A stretch of DNA of 64,000 nucleotides from Mytilus edulis (taxonomy: Eukaryota): contig NC_092353.1 in NCBI RefSeq assembly GCF_963676685.1, positions 20,435,307 through 20,499,306 of the forward strand, in the 5' to 3' direction. The position numbers were made by a program, and so were the translations under genes. The notes under the pieces are model-generated. The model saw only the letters and a list, made by a program, of their open reading frames with translations. It was not told where the DNA came from and did no database searches. This document shows, piece after piece, positions 48,250 to 62,420 of the stretch. Each line of letters opens with the position of its first letter. Position 1 is the first letter of the stretch.

Positions 48250-48800
48250 AACAGTATTTTCACAGATGATATCGGATATGTTCCTTATGTCTTAACTACA
48301 ATACTCTTCCCTTTTCACGAATGTTCCCTACCGAATTAGACTATTTACCGTATTTGTAATAACATAAGCAACACGATGGATGCCACAAGTGGAGCAAGAT
48401 CTGCTTACCTTTCCAGAGCAACTGAGATCACCCCCAGTTTTTGGTGATGTTCGCGTTGTTTAGTCTTTAGTGTTCTATGTTGTGTCTTCTGTACTTTTAT
48501 TTGTCTGTTTGTCTTTTTAATTTTAGCCATGGCGATAATTAATTTTCAGTTTATTTTCGATCTATGAGTTTGATAATAACATTAACGGTACCAATTTTCC
48601 TGCACCAGATGCGCATTTCGACAATACATGTCTCTTCGGTGATCCTCGTGGCCAAAATGTTTGAAATCCAAAGCTTATATAAAAGATGAAGAGCTATAAT
48701 CCAAAAGGTCCAAAAAGTATAGCCAAATCCATGAAAGGAATCAGAGCTTTGCAGTAGGGAGATACACTGTCCCTCTGGTATCTTTCGTCCATCTTTTCTA
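48250..48800 (+). repeat. ~500-bp interspersed repeat family D; second copy at 63560-63870
   Basis: Shared blocks: cttcccttttcac.aat...ccaccgaatt; tgccacaagtgg/tgccacatgtgac...gcagaatctgcttacctttccagagca.ctga..cacccccagtttttggtg; ...ttttagccatg.c..ta...gtttattttcgatctatgagtttga...tccctctggtatctttcg. Confidence 0.6.
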
Positions 48801-51800
48801 ATTCATCACTGCGTTGGTTCAGCCATATAAAGTCTTTTTAATCTTTACTCGCTGTGTTATTTACGCCAGGCTTGGTGTAAGCACATTTGGCCACTTTCAA
48901 TTGTCTCTATTATACTCCTGTATGTCTTTGCAATCTTCATTTCGTCATGTAATACAGTGTCGAGTATGTAAAATAGTAGCAGCAAAAAAACCTTTGATTT
49001 CATAGGAAATTCAGTCTTCTTAAAAATATATTGATTTTTTAATTGCAATCCCATGATATTATACAGATATGTGAAATGATTACCTTTTATGACAACATAG
49101 AACAGAAATCGATCAAGAAATATCCTTTGACCATCAATAAGAAGACTACACAATATGTCGGAAAAATTGTTTCCATAGACTGTAGATAAAGACGACTAAT
49201 CTTTGTTTTATCTGCATATATTTACATATATATTAAAATAAACTTAATACCTGTGTGGAAGCAGTGAATGGATTATCAGTTTTATAAATTCTATAATTCG
49301 AGTAATACCAGATTATATATTCTTAATTGGATATAATTTTTCAGAAAGTGGACCATACACTGTGATCTTTTAAAAACATTTACTCCAGATGAAATAATTT
49401 CAATTGGGGCTTTCTTTTATTCCGAAATGTATTGCGTTAATGATTCCGTTTTTAATGTATCTACCAGTGACATCTGTCGTGTTTCCCTGTTTGAACAAAT
49501 TGAGGAGGCATAGCCGTTAACATGGTACCAAACAAAAGCAGATTTTATTGCAATTCGTTTGTAACGACAATTTTCATTGGACGTTGACAAATATTTTGAA
49601 GAGTTAGATTCCAAGTTTTATTAGTCCGTAACTAAGAAAGTCACCATTTTGAAATACGAGTGTTTGGAATGAAATTTCTCAAAACACAAACATTAAAATA
49701 TGTTTTTTAGTTAATATTGAAACCAACAAAAGCGTATGAAAAGTAAAAATACGTCTAGTGTTTATGTTTCACACTGATAGTATACATATGACGTCACATT
49801 ATTTAGAAGCCAAAAACGATGCAACTGTTTCGCAGACTTTTTCATTTATGATATGTTTAAGTAAAAATAGTTATTGAACGGAATTCATGTAAATATGTGC
49901 CAATAAAATGGAATTGACTGTATTTTATTTTATTTTAAGATTAACCGTTATGCGGTAAACTAAATACAGTTACCTCCTAATTGGTCAATGATTCGTGTTC
50001 AGCTTATAAACATTCCCAAAAACTTAAATAAAAGTAAAAATAAAGATACTTTAAAAGCGTTAGGAACGAAGGTGGTATAGAAGAGTAAGATTTTCCTGCT
50101 CCACTAGTGATACTCATCTTGTTCGAACAAATGTAAAGTATCATATTACGTTTTTATACAATAAACCATTATTTTGAAAGAACGTGAAACTAATTCTCTC
50201 AAATCTTTTTTTTAAGTAAGAGAAATCAATTGATTTATATACTTTTGCAGAGGACAGGATTTTGTATGTTCCCTAGTATATACCCTTATAGATCTTTTGA
50301 CAGATTGTTTTAGTTTCTTCATAAGTTTATACACAGAACTCTTAAGCTCGATTATGCTCGATTATGCTTTATGAAGAAACATGTGTTGGTTGTTTGGAAA
50401 GCGGTTTCATATTGTATTCAACAGATCAAGTAACATAACGTTGTACGAATAAACGAATAAATGCTATGGTCGAAATGGTAATTAAAATATATATTGTTAT
50501 TATCTCTTCATACAATGCATTTGGAAGCAACATTAATAATGTATGTTGATGCACCAATTTAATCGTTCTACACCCACGACACAATCAATAGTTTTGTCGA
50601 TCTATTGTTTACCTAGGGTGTCATGTTAATGAAATCAAGCATAAGTTTGTATGAAGTATAAAACGACAGGATTAATCTCATGATCAATACTAGAAAAAAA
50701 GTATTTGTATATATTCATAAACCTGTCGTAATTAAACCATTCCAATGTATCGATAACCTGAAATCCTGACTTGATATTCATACTGATTATTTTCTGTTTT
50801 ATTTTAATTAAAAAGTCATTGCAAGTGTTATTTAAGCGTGGAGTACCTTCCGTAGAAAGAAATCGATATAGAATCCAGCTGTAGAGACACAGAAAAATTA
50901 TTTATTGAATTATTGTTCAGCTAAGTTGTGTTGTTTTCGGACCTAGGCGTATTTTACTTATGAAAGACATTTTGGATGTTTTAAAGCAAATAACTGTGGT
51001 ATTGATGTGTCAGAGAAATTCAACAAAATGACATGAATCGAGACAATCTTTTATCTGTTTCATCTCATGGAATACAGAAAGAATTAAGAACACTAAGGTA
51101 ACTTCCTATTTCATTATATCAGAAATAATCAGAAATAATGCATTATCATTTAAAATAATGAATAATTTATTTATTTATTTCTTTAAAGTCTATACTCGAC
51201 TAAAAAGAAGTTGTTTTTTCTCTTTGTAGCGGTTTATTTTGAAATCTTTTAAGTATTTCATTTCAAATGCATTATCAAATACATGCTTGTTTCTAATAAG
51301 AACATGCAGGGTGATGGATGTATTCATAAGTCATCGATTATGAGGAATATGCTCATTGTTGACATGAAAACATACAAATGCCTATAAAAAGGCTATATAT
51401 GTAGTCATTTAAAAAAACTGTAATATTGTACCATGTCAAATGTTAAAAGAGAATTCACCATTCTTGGATTTTGTATGTACATTTTGGGTGGAAGTAAGAT
51501 TCATATAGTTGAACATCATTGAAGCAAATGAAGGAACAATTCATTTATTAAATTAAACTGTGAAGTGAATATAATAAGGAGATAACTATTGTTTTTTGTA
51601 GCTCCAACGGCTTCAATTAGTAATTTGATGTTCGTAAACTAAGTAGACTGGCGAAGTGTTAGCGGAACCAGAACACGTCTATTTGCGACCATCAAATCAC
51701 CAGTTGATGCCATAAGAGCTTAAAATAAAATATGTTTATCTCCATTCTAATGAAACCGACAGAAAACATCATCAAATCATACATTTAAAATCCGCGCGGC

Positions 51801-52694
51801 GTAGTTTGTGTTTGCGCGTTCGTTTTTATAGCATCAATTGTGAATTCATGTCATGAAAATTTGTGAAGTGATCCAATAAAAATGAACCTCACAAAAAATG
51901 TTTCATTAGAACGATCAACTATTTAATACTACAACATATATGACAGTGTGTATGCTGAGCTTCATTTTACAACAAGTTAATCATAATATAAGAAAATCTT
52001 ATTAGAAAATCTTCTGATGTTCAGGAGTATTCTAAAATGGTCAGTCCTTTGAAATGAGAGTCTGGACATATCAATGGTTTCATTTTCATTGACATCTTTT
52101 TGAGTAATCCCTATCGGTTTTTACATTTCTTCGTGTTTTCCGGTCTTTAATCCTAATCTTTAGTTACTAAGACAATAACAATCAAAACCAAGGAGTAAAC
52201 AAAGATTAAAAAACCAAAGGACATTTACATCAACAGTTATAAATAATAAATAAGAATAACACGAATTCCACTAAAAACCGGGAGTGAAATCAGGTGCTCC
52301 GGAAGGGTAAGCATTTCCTATACCGTATACGGCACCCGTCGTGTTATTTCTTTGTTCAGTTCGGTAATGACGGAAGTTTATTATGACTGAGGAAGAATAT
52401 CGGATATGATTTCTGACACACTTTTGTCATAATGGCCAATCAGCTCATGATGGCGACCGTAAAATTTCTTGAGTGATGACCTTAATTTGATTGATGACCT
52501 TAATTTGATTGATTCATAGCCCTGTCTTAGCATCTTTTGAGAAAGCACTAACTAAGGTAATAACTTTACTTCTATCATCCACAGTCTTTCGCTTTCTTGA
52601 AGTACTCACTTAAATCAAAAGAATTGACCTAAATAAATCTTATAATACTCAATACTTTTCGCACTTAATTTGACGTTGTGAACTTTTTTTATTA

Positions 52695-52745
52695 GAGCGT
52701 AACTGATGAGTCATTTGCTTACAAAACGTGTATTTTTGTGTAGAA
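52695..52745 (+). repeat. Degenerate hammerhead-like motif copy (gagcgtaaCTGATGAgtcatttgcttacAAAACgtgt)
   Basis: Same T-run + gagcgt.aCTGATGAGTC context as the other three copies. Confidence 0.35.
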
Positions 52746-54939
52746 AATTTGCATCCACCTGTCTATGAACAGTTTATTGAATTGATTTTCATATTTTATT
52801 TCATTGTCATCATATTGCATAGAAAACAAAGATCAACCATCAACCGAACAATCTTTCAGAATTCGAAAAGTGGCCGAACTTAGGCTTATAAATATTCTTT
52901 CATGACAAGGAAACGAGAGTAGTGTTCTTGATAATCTCGATATATTTGAAAGAAACGCTGAACAAAATATAAATAATCATTCAGATCACCTCTTTGCATT
53001 ATAGCTGCCATTGAGCCTCTCGATTTATTGATGCACCGAAAATTGATATTCTACAGAGTAGGAGGGTTGAGATTTAAGATATCTGCTTCCCTAAATGACA
53101 TGCCATAATGATCGTTTATTTTGAGTCATATCAAAATTTACTATCAATTTTCTTTGAAAAGTAAATGCTGCAACACTGCGAATTCACTTAACCTCCGTTA
53201 TCAATCTCCTTCTATCCCGTCTCATTTAAAGAAACATCGCAGTATAATGCCTTTGTAAATATAAGTACTCTTTAACTTGGCTCTTTTGAGCTATTGTTTG
53301 AACTTAAAACAATAAAGCCAAACTCTCACCAAGTATCAAAAACATGGTAAATATATAAACTTGCTATTGAAATGACAGCCAAATTTAATTGATGATATGA
53401 CAATACTCTTAGTTAGGACATGTATATTCCATAATAAAACTTATCCTTTTAAGTTTGAAAATATCGAACTATACCGGTAAAATCATTGATTATCTCTCAA
53501 TTCCTTTTTATAATCGTAGGTACTGTCTACTAGTATTCGATCAATTGCTGACAATTATTATAATTTAATATCGCACCGTACAACTGCAGTAAGCTCAATA
53601 AGAACATCATGCCCGATATACCTTTGAGAAGGAGACACTAGTCTTAACTTTTCTGCATGCCACGTCGTAGGAGTAGACTGAAAAGTGAGAGGGGACAAAA
53701 GTATTATATAATTAACTCGGCGCTCTGTTTCATTTTAATTTATTATTTTGAATAGATGTTACTGTATAAAATGGTTGACAGAAGCATAGTTTTCCCTAAA
53801 ATCCCCTTTGTTTTTCTGTGATGTATTGTGTTGGTTAATTCCTCCACAGGGCTATACCTCTTCTGCTTGAAATCTAAGGTGGACAGTATGACATTTCTAT
53901 GACAATTCTGTGTACAAAGTTTATAACGTCAACTGTCTTTATACTTTGTAATTATATGAAAATAATTATATAGAGTATTTTACTGACTTTACTTGACATT
54001 TGTGGCCAGACACTACTCAGTTTTGACGAACAGATAAACAGGTCAGTCAAAGGTTTGGATTGTTTTGGTTGTGTATAATGTAGAGGCGTAAGATCTCGAG
54101 TTCTAAGCTATAAAACAGATTCTCATAAGTAGATTTCTACTTTGATAAACATTGTTATTATTCGTATTGATTATTTTTTCATTAAGAAATCGGTAGCCAT
54201 AGTAGACAAGACGCTTTGACATGATATCAGTCGGTATTCAAATTGCATCATTACTACACTCCATGATAAAACTAAAATTACAAAAAACTCAAAGGATAAT
54301 TAAAAGATATATTTGTAAAGGTAAATGTTTCATCAGGTTATGAGTACCATATGTTTTTGCTTTAACACCACTCACATAAATGTTTGATTGATTTTCAGAG
54401 ATAAGTTTGGAAGGTTCTGTAGAACGCTTAATCAATTCTGTAAAATATTTTGCGTAACAGAACTAGAAGACTGACTTCTATTAGTACACTTAATTTATAA
54501 AGACGATTTGTATATGGAAAAAAAAGTTGAAGAGAAAAAAATAACGTGTCCTCTATTATAGATACACAAGGTAATATTCTTATATAAAAACGCCTATTCT
54601 GTTATGATTACTCAAAAGGTACTTTATAAAGGTATAAAGTTGATGAGCTATGAGGACCAACTATATATCATTTGATTTTGTTTTATACATTTAAGCTTTG
54701 TTATACTTTCATAACCATAGAAATAACGAAACAATTCCAAAATGTCAACGTAGTCATAGTTTACCTTCTTTAATTAAGAGGTTAATTTTCATCATTTAAT
54801 TTGAAGTGCTCATTTGACTGCTTTATCTATCTGTATTTCAATGTCGTTTGAAGCTATGTATATGAACTTCTTGATAAAAACTATATTTGGGATTAAACCA
54901 TTGACAATAGGAAATGCATTGTAAGTAAGCATGTAATGT

Positions 54940-55160
54940 GTTACATATTCGTTTTTCGTTCATTTTTTAAATAAATAAGGCCGTTAGTTTTCTCGTTTGA
55001 ATTGTTATACATTATCATTTCGGAGCCATTTATAGCTGACTAGACGGTAAGGGCTTTGCTCATTGTTGAAGGCGGTACGGTCACCTATTGTTGTTAATTT
55101 CTGTGTCATTTTGGTCTCTTGTGGAGAATTGTCTAATTGGCAATCATATTACATCTTCTT
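54940..55160 (+). repeat. SINE-like copy, 5'-truncated (3' two-thirds only)
   Basis: aataaggccgttagttttctcgtttgaattgtt.tacatt.tcatttcgg...ttgctcattgttgaaggc.gtacggt.acct...gttgtctaattggcaatcatattacatctt. Confidence 0.65.
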
Positions 55161-57499
55161 TTTTATATGTATATTTTAAATTGATAATGCATTGATATTG
55201 TTTGATCAGGGTCATACCATACAAACTTCTTGTTCCTGTTCTCCACTGTGTAAAGTCATTAAGATATCTGTTCTGTGATATATCTCTTTTAATGTAGGGA
55301 ATTCATACCAGGAATGTAAACAAAAGCATTCTCATACACTTCAGTATGATCGTTAAATTACACCAAGATGTAGGTTTCATATAGATAATTACTAATTAAT
55401 TGTTACAACTATTTAGTATAGATGAATATACAAATGTAACCTTTCAGATAACAAATGAATCCATAGACCTGTTGTAAAAAACGTATTCGTAAAAGCAGGA
55501 CATTTATCGAATAAAGGATTGGTAAATTATCTTCGACTAAACATTTCCACAATTTACTTATTTTCTTGTAAAACAATTCAGTTCAAATAATTATCCGGCC
55601 ATCTAATGTTTTGGTTCTATATATCATTGGTGTTTGATTCTGTTGTTTCGTTGTTTTCCTCATATAGTTGATGTCTTTCCCTCAGTTTTAGTTTGTAACC
55701 CGGATTTGTTTTCTCTCAATCGATTCTTGACTTTTGAACAGCGGTATAATGCTGTTGTCTTTATATACCATGTAGTATTTGACAGTAAATCGACTAAACA
55801 TCAGAACAGTTCTTGAATCCCTTCAACACCTTGGTTGAATGTCCTATTACATAAGCTTATTATGATATTATCCTCTTTAAAATCTGTAAGTCTTCGTTAG
55901 TCTTAAATTGTTCGGCTTCACTTATTCCTATCGCGCAACGTTACGTAAAATATCATGTATTTGATGTTGGCAACTGTTCATACACCACACAAAGCGATAA
56001 ATACTCGATTAAAATGTAGTTACATAAAATCGTACTTGAAATAAAATTTCCTCATTTATGGAATTGATCGTGTTTTGGTATAAAATAAATAAACAAGAAT
56101 AATAAAAAAAAAGGCATAAAATTATTACTGTGAATGTTACAGTTTACCTTTTGAAAGACCTTGATCTGCTATGACTTATAACCGAATACTTGCTTATACT
56201 ATTCAATCATAGAGTGAAAAAACAAAGGACAATACTAACTAGAGCATGATAGCATGGATATGCTGGCATCTAGAAAGATGCTTCCCAAGACTTGTTAATG
56301 TTAACATGTCATGTTATAACCATTTGATAAATGTTCACATATCATTTCTTGTATCAGGATAAAAACATAATTCCGCATGTGACAGGTTCTCGTCAATCAA
56401 ATCAGGCTAACCTTCAAAGTAAAATTTAAACTTTTCCATTAGTTCTAATAGTGTTTGTCTTGATTGATTATGATAAGGTCTCTATCTTCAAATGAATGCT
56501 ATGATTAATCAAGTAAATGAGTTCATTAAGAAATTTTAATAGTATCTTTCTTTCGTGAATATATCTTAAGAAATACACCGACCGTTAAGGTATCAAGATT
56601 GAGAATTTATTAATAATTATGAAGACGATTGTAAAGTAAAGTAAAATTTCAATCCTGGTATCTATGATGAGTTTTTTTTATTATTCAATACATTCGTATT
56701 TTCACGCAATTTTAAGCATTTTTGTAAAGATTGAAATACTTCTGAAAATGTAATAAAATAAATTCAGAACGGATTTGCCATACGTTTTTATTGTTGGAAC
56801 TTTCCTTGTCAAGATGTTATTTTTTTTTAATAAAGTTGCGTCATCAAAGACAATGTAAAACATGGTAAAATTTAATACTTATTTTCTTAGTAAGCATTAA
56901 ATAAAAAATTTCAAAAGAGTTAATGTGTTGTTAAAGTTGTCTGATGCATTTAACTATGTTTGATTAAAAATCGGCAGATGACGTCAATCCATTCATTTAA
57001 AATAAATAGCGGTAGTATAATGGACATTCATGAAGAAGTAGTTATCAGAATTGTTTCCTTATTTTTTTTAAAACAGAAAACAATGTAAAAATACAATGGT
57101 TTGATTATTGACAGACTTATGACGCAATTGTTACATGATGTTAATCTTTAGTGTGGTAGTGTTACAGTCCTTTAACAGCATGTCGATATTGTGACTGAAA
57201 TGTTTTAAAATTGGTTACGAATATATTGTAGCAAATCACAACTTTTCTTTATATGATAATATAAATTGAAAAAAGGCGAGGAGTCAAAATATGATGGAAT
57301 TAGAAGAATTAGAATTAAGATTAAAACTAATAGATAGATCTAATATATATTATACCTTTCACAGATTTGAGAAAATCTAAGTAACAATTAATAATTGTGT
57401 GCGTCCAAATAGATTGACATTTATGAAGAACACGCTAATTAAACTATTTTAACCCAAAGAACCGTCAGCTGACAATAAAACCATTTTTTGTCTATCAGT

Positions 57500-57600
57500 T
57501 TCTACATAAGAAAACCTTGTACCTAGTCAGGAATTTATTTGTTTTCCAATCGTTGGATGGATTTGAGTTTTTGATTTTGCCATTTTCATTTATAAGTTCA
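57500..57600 (+). repeat. Family B repeat fragment
   Basis: cctagtcaggaatttatttgttttccaatcgttggatggatttgagtttttgattttgccatttt. Confidence 0.5.
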
Positions 57601-57829
57601 GAATTTTTGTTATTTTACTTTTTAAAGGTACTTTGATACGTGGGAATCTCCCAACGTAACATGAAAAGAAAACCCTCATCAATGAATCATCAAGTTTGAA
57701 TTTGATTTTTAACGTAAGGTCCATGATAATTTTATGAATAACCAACGCCAAATTAAGAAAAGTATCTAAACACTTAAAACTTCGATAATGATAATATAGG
57801 GGATAATTGGACAGAAGAGGATGTGTGTG

Positions 57830-58070
57830 GTATGAGTGCTTATGAGACAACTCTGTATCAAAGTCATAATTTGTAAAAGTAAACAATTATAGGTCAAAGA
57901 ACGGTCTTGAACACGGCGCATTGGACCACACCGAACAGCTAGCTATAAAGGGCCCCAAAAAATGACTAGTGTAAATCCACCCAAACAGAACACGAACTCT
58001 CTAATCTCTATAAAAAACGAGAAATGAGAAACACTAATGAATAGTTATCAAAAGTACCAGGATTATAATT
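57830..58070 (-). repeat. SINE-like variant subfamily copy; its end (aaagtaccaggattataatt) also matches the tail of the hammerhead repeat unit
   Basis: Aligns with 35290-35530; 58040-58062 is the rc of aattataatcctggtacttt at 36592-36625. Confidence 0.55.
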
Positions 58071-58314
58071 TAGTTTAAACATATTTTATTTACTCAAAGT
58101 AAAATGGATTGGACACAAGTAAGCCATACTTATGAAGTCCGCTCCGAATGACAATAATTTACAATACAATATTAATATGAGCATGCAATATCAAGATAAA
58201 CAATATTTTACGAGTCTATCAATTGAGAAAAAAAATGAAACAGAAATAAATGTAAACATTGAAAACGATGATGATGATGATAATGATGACGTGGATGTAC
58301 CGTTAATACATTTT

Positions 58315-58593
58315 CTACATAACAAGAAATCTCTCAGACCTTTTGATAAATTCGAATACGTGTTTGAATATATTCACGTTTTGTTCATACGAGAGATTCG
58401 GATTACCAGATGTCAGTAACTTAACATTCAGTATAAGGTCATCAGGAAGCCATCTTATATTGTTCATCAGAATTTCTCTCTGGTGTGTATGTAAAGAGCA
58501 GTTGAAAAGTAAATGGTGTACAGTCTCAATGTTACATCCACAAAAGCAAGATAGATCAGCAATTATATTGACTCTAAACAAGTCATAGTTCAA
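58315..58593 (-). mobile_element. 3' fragment of a second, different non-LTR retrotransposon (C-terminal Cys/His motif: CFCGCNIETVHHLLFNCSLHTHQREIL...)
   Basis: 92-aa ORF with the C-x2-C...H...C motif typical of LINE ORF2 C-termini; lies immediately 3' of the intact-RT LINE. Confidence 0.5.
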
Positions 58594-58917
58594 GAAAGAT
58601 GAGTAGCATCTGAATTATGTTAAAATCATATTTAGTTCCTCGGTCCATATAGACAATATAGACAATATTTTATTCGCACAAACACATTTACATTAAATGG
58701 TTATGGCATACAAAGTAAGACAATAAACTGACAATAGTTAAATTGATTATAATTATATTAGAGTGACAGTGGTATTCACAGCGAAGAAGAAAAAGGCTAT
58801 AAATATCAACAGTTAACACATTGTAAATGTTCATGAACAATCAAAAAAAGAACACAAACAAAAATTCGGTTGCATATTAAAAAAAAAAAATTATACAGAT
58901 GCATATTAAAAAAAAAG

Positions 58918-60890
58918 TTATACAGATGTTCTTAATAAAAGACAATCATTAATATACTTTATGGTGATTTTTATAATGACTGGTAGACTGCTATTTAAAA
59001 GTACAGTCAAATGATTTAGTGTTATAGTGGACTGCAATTTAATAAAATTGAAATTAAGATTTTTATTAATATTTTGTATATAGGTATACCTTAATGATTT
59101 ATAGCATGGACAGATTGAGAAGAAATGGTATTCATCCTCAATTTCTTGTCTGTTACAGGATAAGCAAATGCGTTTACTTCTTTCAATGTTGGTATAACGC
59201 CCTCTTTCAATTGCTAGGGAATGCGTACTTAGTTTAAATTTACTGAAAACTGATCGGTCGGTTTTTAATTTACATATATCAATATATGGGGGCCTTTTTC
59301 TAATTCTTTTAGTATGACAAAAGAAATTAAATTTTTCACATTTATTGATAGAACAATTCATAATTTGATAAGCCTGGTCATAGATTCTTTGTTGGATACT
59401 ATTTATGTGATATTTTAAATTAAAAGTATTAAAAGTGAGATGACCAAAACCTAATTTATTTAACCAGTCTTTTACAATGTTAACCCATTTACTTGTTTTC
59501 TCTACATTATTATATATTTTATGGACTAAAGTGTTAGGCGAGTTTACAATGTGGTTTAGAAATTTTAAAGCTGAAAGGTGAATTTTAAAGTACAAAGGGA
59601 TTCTGTTTGTCTCAGTTAAACAGGCTACATTTGTTGTTTTGCACTGTACTCCTAAAATTTCTTTAATAAATTTAATATGTAAATGTTCAAATGGATCTGA
59701 ATCTTTGAACACTTGGCTTACACCCCAAACTTCACATCCATAAAGAGTTATTGGAACAACTAAAGTATCAAATAATTTTTCAAGCATACTGCAGGAATTA
59801 TCTAAAGAGACTGTTTTTTTAATTTTAAACCAAGCTTTTCTTCCTTTTTCCATAAGATTTTTTGTTGAATGACTTAAACTTCCTGAACAATTTATAGTTA
59901 TTCCAACGTAACAAATAGATTTAACAGTCTCAATATGTTCTTTTTCTACTTTAAAATAATTACAATGAGATTTTCCATTAGAATTGAATATTATAATTTT
60001 TGATTTTTGTTTGTTAACATCAAGTTTCCATAGGGAACAAAATTTAGTTAACTCATTTAGTGCATTTTGTAGCCCTTCTTGGGTTTCAGACAATAAAATA
60101 ATGTCATCTGCATATAATAATGATGTTAGTTTAACATCTCCTATAATCATTGGTTCAGTGTTTGCATGATCAAGGTCATTTACAAGGCCATTTATATAAA
60201 TATTAAACAAAGTGGGGCTAAGTACATCCCCTTGTTTTACTCCGCAATTTGATATAAATTCATGGCTAATACCATTTTGAAATTTAATTCTGCATTTGTT
60301 GTCATTGTACATTGATTGGATGACGTTAAAAAGTTTGCCTGGAAGTCTGTTTTGGAGTAGAATGTAGAATAAACCCTCCCTCCAAACAGTATCAAAGGCT
60401 TTTTGCAGATCTATAACTGCAGCAAAATTTTTCTTTTTTTTAGTTTTATATTTGTCTACAATAGACTTTAATGAGAAGATATGATCTGCTGTTCTAGCTT
60501 TTTCTTTGAAGCCGATCTGATTTTCACTTATCAAATTATTGGTGTTAATAAACTTCATAAGTCTAGTGTGTATAATTTTATTGAATAATTTTCCCAAATT
60601 AGAAGTCAATGAGATACCTCTATAATTAGAGGGGTCAGATTTGTTCCCCTTTTTATGAATTAAAGTAATCAGACTTTTGTTCCATAATTTTGGGAAGCTG
60701 CCTTTCATAAATACTAGGTTGAAAAGTTTTAATAGGGGTTCTAATAATACTGGCATACCGCATTTAATCATTTCGTTAGAAATTAAGTCTTCAGCTGATG
60801 ATTTACCATTTTTAAGTGTTTTAACTGCATTTAAAATTTCAGCTGGCTGAATTTGTTTATTAAATTCGTTGTCAGAGTTGCATGTATTTA
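58918..60890 (-). mobile_element. 5'-truncated non-LTR (LINE) retrotransposon with an intact reverse-transcriptase ORF (CDS 58918-60771, 617 aa; the frame stays open to ~60890 but there is no endonuclease domain)
   Basis: RT motifs PSNYRGISLTSNLGKLFNKIIHTRL, AAVIDLQKAFDTV, QGDVLSPTLFNIYIN, LLYADDIILLS (YADD box); the C-terminal domain is LYGCEVWG followed by C-x2-C...DEYHF..C.C. Confidence 0.9.
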
Positions 60891-62039
60891 GTGTCTTTTT
60901 TAGATAAGGGGTAAGATGTTAAACAATATCAAAATAGCCAATCATAACCTTGGACAACATGACTCTTTAAGTTTTACATTTGAATTTTTATAAATTTCGT
61001 TTAAAATATCATGCAATTTAAAAGAAATATCTTATCCCCTCTTTTTTACCAAAAAAACATTGGTATATTTACAATTTTAAGAACACAAGATATATACAAC
61101 AGGTTTATAGCACGTATATTTCTGTTCTACACAATTGAAACTGAATCCTTATTCAATACCTTATCGATACTCAGCAAAATAAATCAATGTAGGTTGATAT
61201 GGATCAAGGCATTCCACGATTAAAGAAATAAAAAAATAGCTTGGCTGGTGGTACTTCCAGATTGGTACATCTAACCTCATTAAGGCACTCATCATTATGC
61301 TAAAAGCCAAAGTCATGCTAATTGCACATAAAAGAGGACTTGTTTTGCAATGCTAATATCGTTGATACTAACATTACTTCACACTAAAAGCCGTATCTAC
61401 TACCTTTTGATAAGCTATGAGATTGAAAGTAAGAATAAGAGATCACCCTAGTTTATGGTGGAATCGTTATGACAAAGTCTTTAGTTGTCTATCTTATGTT
61501 TTGTAAACTTGTCTTTGTATATTGATCGTTTTTCCTTTTTATTTGTCATTTCGCTTTCAAATTTTGAGTTTGACTATCCTTTTGGTATCTTGCGCTATTA
61601 TTATAGAACAAATTGTAACATGTATGCCATCTAGTTCTTGCAATGCATAAGTTTATAAAATGTTAAGACGAACGTGTTTTTTTTTTATCTGTAAGGTCTC
61701 GCTAAAAGGTAAGTGATGTATAAATATGGAAATGGAGTCAACTTCTACTGTGAGGCAGAGATGTAATCTTGAACTTGTACTTTATACACATCATATTTTG
61801 GATGGGAGAAGAACAGGAATTACCATAATTCGACAGTAAACCCTTGTTAATACTAGAAAAATGTGTAACTAAATATATTATTTATAGTGCATATGTAATT
61901 CGTTTTTCTTTTCTTTCATTGAATCAATCCCTATGATATATTAAATGGGAGGGAATCATCTGATTGCATAATAACCGATAAAAAGTATAATCGATTCCCC
62001 AGTATTCGATTATCATTTAAGAAATATATAGTCAATTGA

Positions 62040-62420
62040 CCTACTTATAAAAAAGAAGATGTGGTATGATTTCCAATGAGACAACTATCCACAAAAGACC
62101 AAAATGACACAGACACGAACAACTATAGGTCACCGTACGGTCTTCAACAATGAGCAAAGCCCATACCGCTTAGTCAGTTATAAAAGTCCCCGATAAGACA
62201 ATGTAAAACAATTCAAACGAGAAAACTAACGGCCTTATTTATGTAAAAAAAAAAATGAACGAAAAACGAATATGTAACACATAAACAAACGACAACCACT
62301 GAATTACAGGCTCCTGAATTTGGACACGCACATACATAAATAATGTGGCGGGGTTAAACATGTTAGCGGGATCCCAACCCTCCCCTAACCTGGGACAGTG
62401 GTATAACAGTACAATTATTG
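62040..62420 (-). repeat. SINE-like interspersed repeat, full-length copy in reverse orientation
   Basis: The rc of 62040-62420 aligns end to end with 4735-5085. Confidence 0.7.

Noticed and set aside
58132-58419. ORF with an acidic DDDDDNDDVDV tract
   Set aside because: It is low-complexity and overlaps the antisense LINE 3' fragment, so it is most likely spurious.
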